From: Candidatus Cloacimonadales bacterium
GTDB lineage: Bacteria > Cloacimonadota > Cloacimonadia > Cloacimonadales > JAFGVF01
DNA: 64,000 nucleotides
Direction of reading: 5' to 3'
Assembly: GCA_963678315.1 (NCBI GenBank)
Contig: OY782781.1
Span: 2,924,752 to 2,988,751 of the forward strand
Shown: piece by piece, positions 11,063-22,774 of the stretch
Layout: every line of letters begins with the position of its first letter
Position numbering within the stretch: the stretch's first letter is position 1
The notes under the pieces: model-generated
Told to the model about the DNA's origin: nothing
What the model saw: only the letters and a program-made list of their open reading frames with translations
Databases searched by the model: none
Translations under genes and position numbers: made by a program

Positions 11063-12766
11063 CTATTTAGCAATGAAATATATTCTAGAGAATCTTTCAT
11101 CAAGATCTTCAGGGTAGTAGTTAATTAGATTCATGTTATCATTGTTGTTATAGACAGCGATAAGCTCAAATCCTGCTTTATCTAGCAAGTCTCTGATTCT
11201 ACGAACTGGATAAATTCTTTGATAATGTGTCTCTTGTATGTTCTTACAGAAAAATCTTTCTTTCTTATAAATATCTAAGAAAGACTTTTGCAGACTCTCA
11301 TCTGGGTCCCAATCACTAGTATGCAGAACTTTGTAATCAGCATACTCTTCATAATTGATAAAGCCATCAAGGATTTCTTCACAATTATAGATTGTAGAAA
11401 TATCGAATATAAAAAGCCCAGTTTTTGACATAGCTTTCTTAACATTCTTAAAACAAGTTAAAACATGGTCCTCACTTAGCAGATAATTTATACTGTCAAA
11501 GACGCATAAAGTTAGATCAATGTCTGCTACAGGTAATTCTTCTAACATATTATGTCTAAATAGATTAAGTTCAGCTTCTTTCTTTTCTGCAATATGAAGC
11601 ATTCCTTCTGATATATCACCAGCAAAAACCTCATTTTCAGGATTCACCATTCTTTTAGCAATCTCACCAGTACCACAGGCAAGCTCATAAATTCTTTTTA
11701 CTTTATGAGAAGAATATTGTGAAACCCAATTCTTAATCTTAGAAGTCCACTTATCATAGCTAACATGAGCCATATAGTTATCATAGAAGTTACCAAACTC
11801 ATTATAGGTCTTCTCTTGGATAACATCATCAACCAAGCGACTTTCCACCCAATGAATAGCAGACTTCATAGATGTGAAGTCAGCACTGTTATCTTTAGCG
11901 ATATCAAAAGCTGTACCATGGTCTGCTGAAGCTCTATAGATTGGTAGTCCAAGAGTCACATTTACTCCTGCCCCATCAGCAAGCATTTTGAAGGGAATTA
12001 ACCCCTGATCATGATAGGGGGATATTACAAAATCATAGTTATCTTTTGCATAAGAGAAAAAAGTATCTGCCGGGAAAGGTCCTTCAAGGTCATGGCCATT
12101 AGCTTTAATTTTTCCCACTAGAGATTTGAACATCTCATCAGTTAGACCAAAGGCACCATCTTCACCTGCGTGAGGATTCTTACCTAGAAGAGCAAACTTA
12201 GGATTCTTTATAATCTTAGATACTTCTAGGCAGATAAGAGAAATCTTGTCATAGGCATACTTTTCATCTATTATCTCAGCCAATTGATGAAGTGGATAAT
12301 GGGTCGTTAGAAGTCCAACTTTGATATCATTAGACCAGAAGGTCATCGCCACATCACTAGCATTTAAGATCTTTTCTAAGAACTCAGTATGACCTATAAA
12401 GTCTTTGTGACTTTCACGAATATACTTCTTTGAAAGTGGTGCTGTTACAATAGCATCAAGCTTTCCATTCTTTGCATCATTGCTGCATCTTTCTAAAATA
12501 CTATAAGCAAGCTTACCGCTCAATGTTGAGGGGCAACCGAGCTGAATTTCCTTATCATTAATGTCGATATGATATATTTTGCCTGATTCTACAGCTTGGT
12601 CAATATCTTCAATCTTAATTGCTTTATGACCATTTTGATTTTCGATATATTTGCCATATACAACATAAGCTACATTATCTTGTAGCTTATGGTATTTTAA
12701 ACTTTTAGCTGTAATTTCAGGACCAATACCAGCAGGATCGCCGGTAGTAATCCCAATTCTTTTCAC
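11063..12766 (-). CDS. pdxA: 4-hydroxythreonine-4-phosphate dehydrogenase (PdxA family) fused to a C-terminal class I SAM methyltransferase
   Basis: GDPAGIGPEI, NPHAGE, YHDQG and DHGTAFDIA motifs, followed by ELACGTG...DSINYL methyltransferase motifs. Confidence 0.88.
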   Translation of the reverse strand: MKRIGITTGDPAGIGPEITAKSLKYHKLQDNVAYVVYGKYIENQNGHKAIKIEDIDQAVESGKIYHIDINDKEIQLGCPSTLSGKLAYSILERCSNDAKNGKLDAIVTAPLSKKYIRESHKDFIGHTEFLEKILNASDVAMTFWSNDIKVGLLTTHYPLHQLAEIIDEKYAYDKISLICLEVSKIIKNPKFALLGKNPHAGEDGAFGLTDEMFKSLVGKIKANGHDLEGPFPADTFFSYAKDNYDFVISPYHDQGLIPFKMLADGAGVNVTLGLPIYRASADHGTAFDIAKDNSADFTSMKSAIHWVESRLVDDVIQEKTYNEFGNFYDNYMAHVSYDKWTSKIKNWVSQYSSHKVKRIYELACGTGEIAKRMVNPENEVFAGDISEGMLHIAEKKEAELNLFRHNMLEELPVADIDLTLCVFDSINYLLSEDHVLTCFKNVKKAMSKTGLFIFDISTIYNCEEILDGFINYEEYADYKVLHTSDWDPDESLQKSFLDIYKKERFFCKNIQETHYQRIYPVRRIRDLLDKAGFELIAVYNNNDNMNLINYYPEDLDERFSRIYFIAK

Positions 12767-13554
12767 TATTTATCACTCCTACCTGGTTTAGTAAGAGGAA
12801 TTCCATCTTTGCATAGTGGACATTCTTCTGCTTCCCAAGAAACAGCATCAACAGTAAGTAATGCTTCGACAGGAGTTCCAAAATCGATAGTACCATTAGA
12901 TCTATCAACTAATAGACCTATAGCTACACATTCCATGCCTTTATCTTCAAGAAGTTTTTTCACTTCAAAAATAGAACCACCTGTAGTTGTCACATCTTCA
13001 ATAATAAGTGCTTTCATACCAGGCTTTACATCAAAACCAGAACGGAATGACATTTCTCCATCCTTTCTTTGTGAGAAGGCAAATGGTTTGTTTAGCTGTT
13101 TAGCAACTTCATAACCAAGAACTATAGCCCCATAAGCAGGTCCAATTACTATATCAGCATTGTAGTCAGCAAGTCTCTTTGCTAGCATATTACATAATAT
13201 TGCAACTTTAGCTGGATTTTGGATTACTTTAATCTTTTCAAAATATTGGTTACTGTGTCTGCCAGAAGTTAAAAGGAAATGGCCATCTAATTTAGCGCCG
13301 ATTTCAATAAAAATTCTTTCTGTAAGATAACTATCACTGATATCTTCGAGGAATTCTTTAGCATCTTCAAGTTCTTCTTTGATAACTTGCACTTCTAAGA
13401 ACATAGTATCTCCACCAGCTACTCCTGGTAGGTTTGAAACCATGTATTCATTCTTTAAATTTACAGTAAAATTGTTGTCTTCAAGTAGTTCTTTAACTAG
13501 TTCTGCTTCAAATATGTCTGTATAACTTCTAAGAGTAACGAAACTGTTTTCCAT
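12766..13554 (-). CDS. pyrE: Orotate phosphoribosyltransferase with ~75-aa N-terminal extra domain (DUF2007-like)
   Basis: GHFLLTSGRHS and IIEDVTTTGGS PRPP-binding motifs. N-terminal FEAELVKELLEDN...EVQV..E.LEDAKEFL segment. Confidence 0.9.
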   Translation of the reverse strand: MENSFVTLRSYTDIFEAELVKELLEDNNFTVNLKNEYMVSNLPGVAGGDTMFLEVQVIKEELEDAKEFLEDISDSYLTERIFIEIGAKLDGHFLLTSGRHSNQYFEKIKVIQNPAKVAILCNMLAKRLADYNADIVIGPAYGAIVLGYEVAKQLNKPFAFSQRKDGEMSFRSGFDVKPGMKALIIEDVTTTGGSIFEVKKLLEDKGMECVAIGLLVDRSNGTIDFGTPVEALLTVDAVSWEAEECPLCKDGIPLTKPGRSDK

Positions 13555-13705
13555 TGTTCCTCCAATGATGTTAGGAATTTATATAAAGTCATGTTTTCTT
13601 GTTTATGTTATTAACTAGTGAATATTTTTAGTTATTGAGTAGCTAATAAGAAGGGGCTAATTTCTCAGCCCCATACCTTCTATTTATAATCTAATTAACT
13701 TTGAC

Positions 13706-14902
13706 TTATCTGTCAAGCTTCTTATATTCTTCAAGTCCAGATTTAAAGATAGCCATAGCCTTTCTGAGGTCTTCTTCTTTTAAAATATAAGCGAAACGAA
13801 CTTCATTAAGTCCCATATTCTCAGTTGCATAGAAGCCTTGAGCTGGGGCAACCATAACTGTTTCATTATTAACAGAATATTCTTCTAACATCCACTGAAC
13901 AAAATCTTCTGCATTAGCAATAGGTAACTTAGCAACAATATAGAAAGCACCTTCTGGTTTAACACAAACTAATCCATCTATAGTTTGCAATTCTTCGAAG
14001 ACAATATCTCTTCTCTTACAATATTCATCTTTGATATCATTGATATATTTATCATCCAAGTTAACACAAGCTTCACCTGCTTTTTGGTCAATAGTTGGAG
14101 GACATAATCTAGCTTGAGCAAGCTTAAGAACTGCTTTCATTAGGTCTTTATTCTTGGAAACAAGGCAACCAATTCTAGCACCACAAGCACTATATCTTTT
14201 TGAAATAGAATCAACTAAGATTGCATGTTCTTCAAGGCCTTCGATTTCCATTATTGAAGTAGCTTTGCCTCCATCATAAACAAACTCTCTATAAACTTCA
14301 TCAGAGATAATATATAAATCATTTTCTTTAGCTAAATCAGCAACCATTTGCACAGTTTCTTTAGGATATACTTTACCAGTAGGATTACCAGGATTACAAA
14401 TCATAATAGCCTTAGTTTTTGGACTGATTAATTTAGCTATTTCTTCTTTAGAAGGTAACTCAAATCCATTTTCAGCATAGGTTGTTATTGGTTTAAGAAT
14501 AACACCTGCAGAAGTTGAAAAACCATTATAGTTAGTATAGAATGGTTCTGGAAGTAATATCTCATCACCAGGATTACATGTTGCCATCATAGCAAATACA
14601 AGTGCTTCAGAACCAGCAGTAGTAACAATAACTTCATCATCAGTAATTTTTATATCATGTTTGCCATAATATTTAACTAATGCTTTTCTATATGATGCCA
14701 AACCTTGTGAAGGTCCGTAAGCCAATACTTTATCACTAAAATTATGATAAACATCCATCATTTCTTTTGGAGTTTCAATATCAGGTTGACCGATATTTAA
14801 ATGATAAACTTTAATACCTCTTGCCTTTGCACTATCAGAGAAAGGAAGAAACTTACGAATTGGAGAAGCTTGCATACTCTCCACACGTTGAGATAATTTC
14901 AT
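13706..14902 (-). CDS. Class I/II PLP-dependent aminotransferase (aspartate aminotransferase-like)
   Basis: LNIGQPD, NPGNPTG, SDEVYREF and SISKRYSACGARIG motifs. Confidence 0.93.
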   Translation of the reverse strand: MKLSQRVESMQASPIRKFLPFSDSAKARGIKVYHLNIGQPDIETPKEMMDVYHNFSDKVLAYGPSQGLASYRKALVKYYGKHDIKITDDEVIVTTAGSEALVFAMMATCNPGDEILLPEPFYTNYNGFSTSAGVILKPITTYAENGFELPSKEEIAKLISPKTKAIMICNPGNPTGKVYPKETVQMVADLAKENDLYIISDEVYREFVYDGGKATSIMEIEGLEEHAILVDSISKRYSACGARIGCLVSKNKDLMKAVLKLAQARLCPPTIDQKAGEACVNLDDKYINDIKDEYCKRRDIVFEELQTIDGLVCVKPEGAFYIVAKLPIANAEDFVQWMLEEYSVNNETVMVAPAQGFYATENMGLNEVRFAYILKEEDLRKAMAIFKSGLEEYKKLDR

Positions 14903-15208
14903 ACTACACCTCGAACTAATATATTTTTTTGAGGTAAATATTATTTTTCAAGCTTTTATGGCAAGGAAATATTTTACTATTTTCCTCGAACTCTTAAACT
15001 CTTATTATTTAACAACTTAATCAACACAATAGGTTAAGACAATTAGACTTTAGTAATATGTCATAATTCCTAGAGATAAAAATGCAACACATGATAAACA
15101 AAAATAACTTAATAGTGTTAATGTGAATAGCTAATGAAAATCTTTGACAGGAAATTAATAAGATTAATCATGTCACATAGGAAAAAAAATATAATAGGAG
15201 ATTTTATT

Positions 15209-16453
15209 ATGTCAGGAAAATTAAATCTAACTAAATCTATGAAGATGTATGAAGAAGCTTTAGAGCTTGTTCCAGGTGCTGTAGCAGGTATTAGAAGACC
15301 TTACAACTTTGTTCCCGGTGAATACCCAATATTCTTTGACCATGCTAAAGGTGGTAAAGTATGGGATGTTGATGGTAATGAATATCTTGATTTCTTATGT
15401 GCTTATGGTCCTATCATTATTGGACATCGTGAAGAAGTTATTGATGAAGCAGTGATTGAACAAATTAGAACAAAAGGCTTCTGTTTCTCATTAACACAAG
15501 AAGTTCAAAATAAGCTTATCAGAAAATTACAAGAACATATTCCTTCATGCGAGATGGCTGCTTTACTTAAAACTGGTTCAGATTCAACAACTGCTGCTAT
15601 TAGAGTAGCTAGAGCTTATACCGATAGGAAGAAAATCATTAGATGTGGTTATCACGGATGGCATGATTGGTGCTGTGAAGTGAAAGGTGGAATTCTTGAA
15701 AAGAACTATGAAGATACTTTAGAATTTACTTATAATCATCTTGATGAATTAGAAGATTTAATGAAAAAGCACGGTGATGATGTAGCTGGTATTATTGTAA
15801 CTCCAGTAGGTCATCCTCTAGGTCATGAAGTTGAAATGCCAAAAGCAGGCTTCTTAGAAGGTGTAAGAGATATTGCAACAAAACATGGTTCTGTTTTAAT
15901 CTTTGATGAAATCAGATCAGGTTTTAGATGCTCTTTAGGTGGCGCTCAAAAATACTTTGGAGTTACTCCTGATTTATCTACATTCGGTAAAGCTATGGCT
16001 AACGGTTATGCAATTGCTGCTCTAGTAGGTAAAAAAGAGTTTATGAAAGTGTTAGCAGATAAAGCATTCTTATCATCTACTTACTTCCCAAATAGTGATT
16101 CACAAGTTGCTTCTTTAGCTACAATTAAGTTCTTAGAAGAAAACAATGTGCTTGATGTAATTCATGATAAAGGCCTTAGATTCGGACAAACTGTTAGTAA
16201 GATTGTTGAAGAATCAGGCTTACCAATTAACTTCTCTGGTTCTCCTTGGATGCCTTTCTTAACATTCAGACCTGATGCTGATAAGATTTATAAAAAAGCT
16301 AGAGTTCAATTCTATTCTGAGCTAATCAGAAGAGGTGTTTTCTTACAACCTTACCACCATGGTTATATTGCATTTAGACACACTGAAGAAGAATTAACTC
16401 ATGCTGCGAATATGATAAAAGAAGCTCTTAACGAGATTAAATCTATATACTAA
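15209..16453 (+). CDS. kat: Class III aminotransferase, probable 3-aminobutyryl-CoA aminotransferase (lysine fermentation variant)
   Basis: GSAM-like motifs (YHGWHD, IFDEIRSGFR, TFGKAMANG). Lies directly upstream of kce. AGGAG RBS before ATG 15209. Confidence 0.78.
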   Translation: MSGKLNLTKSMKMYEEALELVPGAVAGIRRPYNFVPGEYPIFFDHAKGGKVWDVDGNEYLDFLCAYGPIIIGHREEVIDEAVIEQIRTKGFCFSLTQEVQNKLIRKLQEHIPSCEMAALLKTGSDSTTAAIRVARAYTDRKKIIRCGYHGWHDWCCEVKGGILEKNYEDTLEFTYNHLDELEDLMKKHGDDVAGIIVTPVGHPLGHEVEMPKAGFLEGVRDIATKHGSVLIFDEIRSGFRCSLGGAQKYFGVTPDLSTFGKAMANGYAIAALVGKKEFMKVLADKAFLSSTYFPNSDSQVASLATIKFLEENNVLDVIHDKGLRFGQTVSKIVEESGLPINFSGSPWMPFLTFRPDADKIYKKARVQFYSELIRRGVFLQPYHHGYIAFRHTEEELTHAANMIKEALNEIKSIY

Positions 16454-16472
16454 AAAATAATATAATATGTGA

Positions 16473-17312
<840 letters not shown>

Positions 17313-17335
17313 GAATTCTATCTTAAAGATATATT

Positions 17336-17366
17336 AGAGATTGTTCAATGAGCAATCTCTTTTTTT
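17336..17366 (+). terminator. Intrinsic terminator after kce
   Basis: AGAGATTG...CAATCTCT stem followed by a T-run. Confidence 0.75.
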
Positions 17367-17448
17367 GTGTATCAAATATAATATAATTCTTGCTTACTTT
17401 ACACTGTTTTCTGAAAATGTCCAAACTAATCTAAACGAGAGGACTTTT

Positions 17449-18798
17449 GTGAATAAAAATAAATTGTTACAGAGTGAAAATATACCCCAGCTACTGCTTA
17501 AATTAACCATTCCTGCGACCATTGGAATGTTGGTTATGGCACTATATAACATAGTAGATACTATTTTTATAGGTCGTTATATTGGACCTAAAGGAATAGC
17601 AGGCCTATCAATTGTTTTCCCAATTCAGTTAATTGTTATGGCATTTGGACAACTTGTTGGTATGGGGGGAGCGTCAATAATATCTAGAGCATTTGGAGCT
17701 GAGGACTTTGAGAAAGCAAATCGTACTTTCGGCAATCAAGTAATTTCTACTTTCTTCTTTTCAGCATTAGTTATTATCCCTGGGGTCATGTTCCCACAAG
17801 AGATATTAAAACTCTTTGGAGCAACCGATAGCATTTTACCATATTCACTAGATTACTATAGAATAGTTGTATTTAACGCATGGCTCTTCATGTTTGCTAT
17901 GATGACCAACAACGTATTGAGGGCTGAAGGAAGAGCTAAGCTGGCAATGACCAATATGATAATTTCGGCAGTTCTGAACATGATTTTAGATGCCGTTTTC
18001 ATAGCTGGTTTAGGAATGGGTATTAAAGGAGCAGCCTTAGCAACAGTAATAGCTCAAGGTATTGTTGTTCTTTATTTTATCTATCATTTCACTTTTGGAC
18101 AAAGTTACTTCAAGATTAGATTAAAATATCTAATACCTAACTTCAAGCTATTAAGAGAGATATATGCTATTGGATTATCAGCATTCTTTAGACAAGTCTC
18201 AGGTTCTTTGATCGTAGTGTTGATTAACAACAAACTTGCTTCTTTTGATACTCAAGGAATCTACATCGCTGTTTATGGAGTGATTAATAGACTTTGCTCG
18301 CTATTCTTCATGACAATGTTTGGTATTGCTCAAGGCTTACAACCTGTACTTGGTTTTAACTATGGCGCTAAACGTCTTCATCTTGCTAAGAAATCAATCA
18401 GATTAGCCTTTACCTGGGCTACAGGAGTAGCATTAGTTAGTTTTGCACTCATAATGATTGTTCCTGAATCTTTGATTAGTATGTTTACTAAAGACCCTGA
18501 AGTTATTGCCAAAGGTACCTATGCAATGAGAAGAATCAACTTGTTATTCCCTCTCTTAGGTTTCCAGATTATTGGAGCAGTAATATTCCAATCTCTGGGT
18601 AAAGCTACTGAATCATTGATTTTAGCAATGTCTAGACAGGTAATATTCTTCTTACCAGCATTATATATACTATCTTATTATTTCCGCTTTGATGGAGTTT
18701 GGTATGCTTTTCCAGCAGCTGATATGATTTCAGTTCTTGTAACATTATTCTTTGTTAAAAAGGAATTGAATTCATGGAAGAAATTTCAAGTTAATTAA
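17449..18798 (+). CDS. MATE family efflux transporter (MepA-like)
   Basis: IPATIGMLVMALYNIVDTIFIG, RAEG and GLQPVLGFNYGA motifs; ~12 hydrophobic segments. GTG start at 17449 with GAGG RBS. Confidence 0.92.
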   Translation: MNKNKLLQSENIPQLLLKLTIPATIGMLVMALYNIVDTIFIGRYIGPKGIAGLSIVFPIQLIVMAFGQLVGMGGASIISRAFGAEDFEKANRTFGNQVISTFFFSALVIIPGVMFPQEILKLFGATDSILPYSLDYYRIVVFNAWLFMFAMMTNNVLRAEGRAKLAMTNMIISAVLNMILDAVFIAGLGMGIKGAALATVIAQGIVVLYFIYHFTFGQSYFKIRLKYLIPNFKLLREIYAIGLSAFFRQVSGSLIVVLINNKLASFDTQGIYIAVYGVINRLCSLFFMTMFGIAQGLQPVLGFNYGAKRLHLAKKSIRLAFTWATGVALVSFALIMIVPESLISMFTKDPEVIAKGTYAMRRINLLFPLLGFQIIGAVIFQSLGKATESLILAMSRQVIFFLPALYILSYYFRFDGVWYAFPAADMISVLVTLFFVKKELNSWKKFQVN

Positions 18799-18960
18799 TG
18801 TGATTGAGTTAGACTTCTAACTGCCTTCTTACCCAAGCCCCTCCTGCATAAAAAGCCGATTTAATGCTGGAGACCTTTAATCATTAAGTAAAAAAGAAGA
18901 GTAATAAATTACTCCTCCCATTTTGAAATTTGTTACTGGTTAAAATAAAACTGTTGAATA

Positions 18961-19809
18961 TTAATTCATTATCTGAAGTTTATTATTTTCTTTAGCAGTC
19001 TTACTTAATTCAGCTACATAAGAGTGAACATACATTTGAGACTTACCATCTATAAGGCAATCAAACATAAAGTCTTTTCTTTCATGTTGATTAAGATTAG
19101 TCCCTTGGCAACGTTCAGTAACAAGAATCAAGTGATGCCCAAATTCAGATTTAATTGGTAAAGAAACTTCATTGAGGTTAATATCAAAAATAATATCATC
19201 TAGCTCTTTGATTAGGACATTCGGTATAACATAGCCCATATCGCCACATTTAACATTACTAGGGCATTCTGAGTACTTATCAGCCATGTTTTCGAAATCT
19301 TCAAGAGTATTAATCGAATCTCTAATGTTAATAGCTTTTTTATAACCATCAATAGATTTATCAGCAATGAGTATATTGTATACACGAGCTTGATGACAAC
19401 AGGCAAAAATATCAGAGTGTTTATCTACAAAATCACCAATATCCTGTGAAACTTGTTCTTTAATAAAAGTATTGAATTTATCTAAGAATTTAGAAATTAA
19501 AATATTTTCTTTTAGTGCAATTTCATATCTAACTCTAGTTAACTTGTGAGAACCAATATAATCCTCGTATTCTTCAACAGTATCAAATCTAGTTGATATA
19601 TCAAAAATCTTGTCATTCCATTCATCATCAGAAACAGTCAAATTGAATTTCTTAGCCTCATGTAGTAACAAACATCTATCTATAAGATATTCTAAGGCTT
19701 TATGTTCTACATCATTACAATTGCAATTAAAACTTGAAACAAGAGTTTTAGCATAATCTAATTCTTTATCGGTAATTTCAAAGTCATATACTCTCGCGAT
19801 AACAGACAT
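18961..19809 (-). CDS. PpiC/parvulin-type peptidyl-prolyl isomerase with SurA-like N-terminal domain
   Basis: FENMADKYSECPS...GDMG...VSLPIKSEFGHHLI rotamase motif. Confidence 0.85.
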   Translation of the reverse strand: MSVIARVYDFEITDKELDYAKTLVSSFNCNCNDVEHKALEYLIDRCLLLHEAKKFNLTVSDDEWNDKIFDISTRFDTVEEYEDYIGSHKLTRVRYEIALKENILISKFLDKFNTFIKEQVSQDIGDFVDKHSDIFACCHQARVYNILIADKSIDGYKKAINIRDSINTLEDFENMADKYSECPSNVKCGDMGYVIPNVLIKELDDIIFDINLNEVSLPIKSEFGHHLILVTERCQGTNLNQHERKDFMFDCLIDGKSQMYVHSYVAELSKTAKENNKLQIMN

Positions 19810-19820
19810 TACTTCTCCAT

Positions 19821-20738
19821 CTAATTATTTTCATTTATAAACTTTTCAATATAATAATCTATATCTTTATATTTAATCGATTTTCGGTAAAAAACAAGGT
19901 CTAATTTACATTTTCTATACCATGTTAGCTGTCTTTTGGCATAATTTCTAGAATGTTGTTTTGCTAAATTGATACATTCTGACAAGGGCCTTTTATGCAA
20001 AAGGTTTTCTAACAGTTCTTTGTAACCAACAGCCGTCATCCCGGGGTCATTCTCTTTGTAGCCCATTTCAAGAAGTTTTCTAGTCTCATCTAAGAGCCCG
20101 TTCTTTACCATTATTTCATATCTTGTATTAATTCTATGATATATATCTTCTCTATCATCAACAACCACAATGTTAAGAACTTTCCTTGGTGTGAGAATTC
20201 CCTGTTCTTCCCAGAAGTCACTGAGTTTCTTACCTGTTCCAAAGAAGACTTCTAGTCCTCTACATATTCTCTGCTTGTCATTATCAGAAATACGCTTCGC
20301 TACTATGGGGTCAATTTCGCTTAGCTTATCATACATCAAGATAGAACCAAGTTTATCATAATCTGACATAACTTTGTTCCTTACTTCAACAGCTATTTCA
20401 GGAATAATACAAAGCCCTTCTAAGAAAGAAGAAATATAGAATCCTGTACCACCACATATAATAGGGAATTTAAGATCTGTATCATCAACCAGTCTACTTG
20501 CGTCTTGAGCAAAAGCTCCGGCGTTATACTTCTCATCAGGTCTTATTATGTCTATAAGATGATGCTTAACTCTTGCTAACTCATCTGCTTCAGGCTTAGC
20601 AGTTCCTAAATCCATATATTTGTATATCTGCCTTGAATCTGCTGAAATTATATCTAAATTAAATTTCTCTGCTAAAGAAAGAGCCAAGGAACTCTTGCCT
20701 ACAGCAGTAGGACCTTGAATTATAATCACTGGTTTCAT
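19821..20738 (-). CDS. miaA: tRNA dimethylallyltransferase
   Basis: GPTAVGKS, DSRQIY, GGTGFY and YAKRQLTW motifs; downstream of mutL. Confidence 0.97.
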   Translation of the reverse strand: MKPVIIIQGPTAVGKSSLALSLAEKFNLDIISADSRQIYKYMDLGTAKPEADELARVKHHLIDIIRPDEKYNAGAFAQDASRLVDDTDLKFPIICGGTGFYISSFLEGLCIIPEIAVEVRNKVMSDYDKLGSILMYDKLSEIDPIVAKRISDNDKQRICRGLEVFFGTGKKLSDFWEEQGILTPRKVLNIVVVDDREDIYHRINTRYEIMVKNGLLDETRKLLEMGYKENDPGMTAVGYKELLENLLHKRPLSECINLAKQHSRNYAKRQLTWYRKCKLDLVFYRKSIKYKDIDYYIEKFINENN

Positions 20739-22760
20739 TTATATTATCCGTTTAAATTTCTTTTTGAAATCATCCACACCATACTTGATGATTAAAGGTC
20801 TTCCGTGTGGACAATAATAAGGTACTTGACAGCCAAAAAGGTCACCTATCAACTTAACCATCTCTTTTGCAGTAAGCATTTTCCCTGCTTTTATTGCAGC
20901 TTTACAAGATACTGATTTAGCAATACTATCTCTAAAATCCTCTGTTTCTTCATATTCTTCATCAAGTTGCTGTAGAATCTCCAAGAAGATATCTCCTCCA
21001 CCCCATTCTTCGAGTTCAACCGGAATTTCATCAATCACAAGTGAGTTTCCAGAGAAAGTTTTTACTGAGAAACCGATACTATAGAATACTTCTAAATTAT
21101 CTTCTATCAACTCTTTCACTGTAGAAGAAATATAGTTTGGTAAGTCTATTACGAGTGGGAAAAGAAGTTTTTGAGTTTCTGGCTCTTCACCTCGTATTCT
21201 ACTCATAATCTTTTCATAAAGAATACGTTCATGGGCAGCATGCTGATCAATAACCATTAAATCTTCGCCAACTTGAATGAAGATAAATGTATTTTGAAAC
21301 TGCCAAGGATTAACAGCATCTATTTCACTTTTTACAGGCAAGCCAAGATGTCTATTTTCAGGTACTTCTATAGATTTGCTATCTTCATTAGAATCAGCTT
21401 GCTCAAATATATTAGCTTGAACAACCTGTTGAAATTCTTTCTTATAAGTTGAGAATCTAGGTATTTGTTCCTTAGTATAATTGTGTTCAGAACTAAGTCT
21501 AGAAGTGTTATTTGCAGAGACAGTATCTGGGTTTGATGGAAGCTTCATCTTTTGATTATCTTGAAGTGTCTCCTTTCTCCTTTCTTCAGACTTACCATAA
21601 TCTGATATAGCTTGTGGATACATCTCTCGCTGAACATCTGGCGTGTTTTCTTCAATAATCCTTTGTGCTTGCACTTCAGAAAACTGTCTTGCTGATTGAG
21701 CAAACCCACTTCCAAATTTCCTTTTTATCTCTTGGAAACGTTCTTCTTGCAAAAGATTTAGCTTATTTGAGATAGCTCTTTTTATAGAATCAAATACTAA
21801 GTGATTATCTCTAAATCTAACTTCGCGTTTAGCTGGGTGAACATTAATATCAATCAGTTCTGGTTCAATTTCTAAGAAAAGAATAAATGGTGGGACTGTA
21901 CCCTGTTGCATACTTCTTACTTTTGCCATAAATGGCTGGTAAGCAGTCTTGATTGCTTTAATAATTATCTTATCGTTGATGTATCTTCCATTAATAAAGA
22001 GATATTTGAACTTTTCATAGCCTTTATGAAATTCTTCTAGTCCAGAGATATAACCAGTAATATTTAGCTTACCAATATCATATCTAACTTCTACAAAATC
22101 CTGATTTTCAAAGGATTTACCAAACACTTCTTTGATTCTTTTCTTATAGTTCTTAACTGCCGGGTAATTTAACTTTTCTCTACCATTAGCAATTAGTTTA
22201 AAAGTAACATTTGGATATAAAATAGATTGATAATGAACATAATTAAGAATATGTCTAAACTCTACTAAATCAGATTTTAAGAATTTTCTTCTAGCAGGAA
22301 TATTATAGAATATTTTACGAACAGAGATTGATGTTCCTCGGTTAGCAGCTGTTTTACGGACATCTTTAAGAGTTCCGCCCTCAATATAAATATCTGTAGC
22401 AACATCAGAATCATTATCTCTAGTAATCAAATTGAATCTACTAATAGATGCTATAGAAGGAATTGCCTCACCCCTGAATCCTAAGGTATCAATGTGAATT
22501 ATATCATCCACTGTCTTAATCTTACTAGTAGCGTGACGTTCTAAACATAGCATGGCATCATCATTTGACATACCTTGTCCATCATCGATTACTTGAATGA
22601 GCTCTTTTCCACCTTTCTCAATTCTAATATAAATGTTCGTAGAACCTGCATCAAGAGAGTTCTCAACAAGTTCCTTAACCACAGACACCGGTCGTTCAAT
22701 TACTTCACCTGCAGCAATTCTGTTTGTTACATTCTCAGATAGAAGCTTTATTCTGTTCAT
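20739..22760 (-). CDS. mutL: DNA mismatch repair endonuclease MutL
   Basis: IAAGEVIERP, GFRGEA, DQHAAHERILYE and CPHGRP motifs. Confidence 0.98.
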   Translation of the reverse strand: MNRIKLLSENVTNRIAAGEVIERPVSVVKELVENSLDAGSTNIYIRIEKGGKELIQVIDDGQGMSNDDAMLCLERHATSKIKTVDDIIHIDTLGFRGEAIPSIASISRFNLITRDNDSDVATDIYIEGGTLKDVRKTAANRGTSISVRKIFYNIPARRKFLKSDLVEFRHILNYVHYQSILYPNVTFKLIANGREKLNYPAVKNYKKRIKEVFGKSFENQDFVEVRYDIGKLNITGYISGLEEFHKGYEKFKYLFINGRYINDKIIIKAIKTAYQPFMAKVRSMQQGTVPPFILFLEIEPELIDINVHPAKREVRFRDNHLVFDSIKRAISNKLNLLQEERFQEIKRKFGSGFAQSARQFSEVQAQRIIEENTPDVQREMYPQAISDYGKSEERRKETLQDNQKMKLPSNPDTVSANNTSRLSSEHNYTKEQIPRFSTYKKEFQQVVQANIFEQADSNEDSKSIEVPENRHLGLPVKSEIDAVNPWQFQNTFIFIQVGEDLMVIDQHAAHERILYEKIMSRIRGEEPETQKLLFPLVIDLPNYISSTVKELIEDNLEVFYSIGFSVKTFSGNSLVIDEIPVELEEWGGGDIFLEILQQLDEEYEETEDFRDSIAKSVSCKAAIKAGKMLTAKEMVKLIGDLFGCQVPYYCPHGRPLIIKYGVDDFKKKFKRII

Positions 22761-22774
22761 ATTATTTTAGATCC

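Noticed and set aside
15134..16453. hemL (glutamate-1-semialdehyde aminomutase)
   Set aside because: Same fold, but the operon with kce and the absence of hem genes nearby favour Kat.
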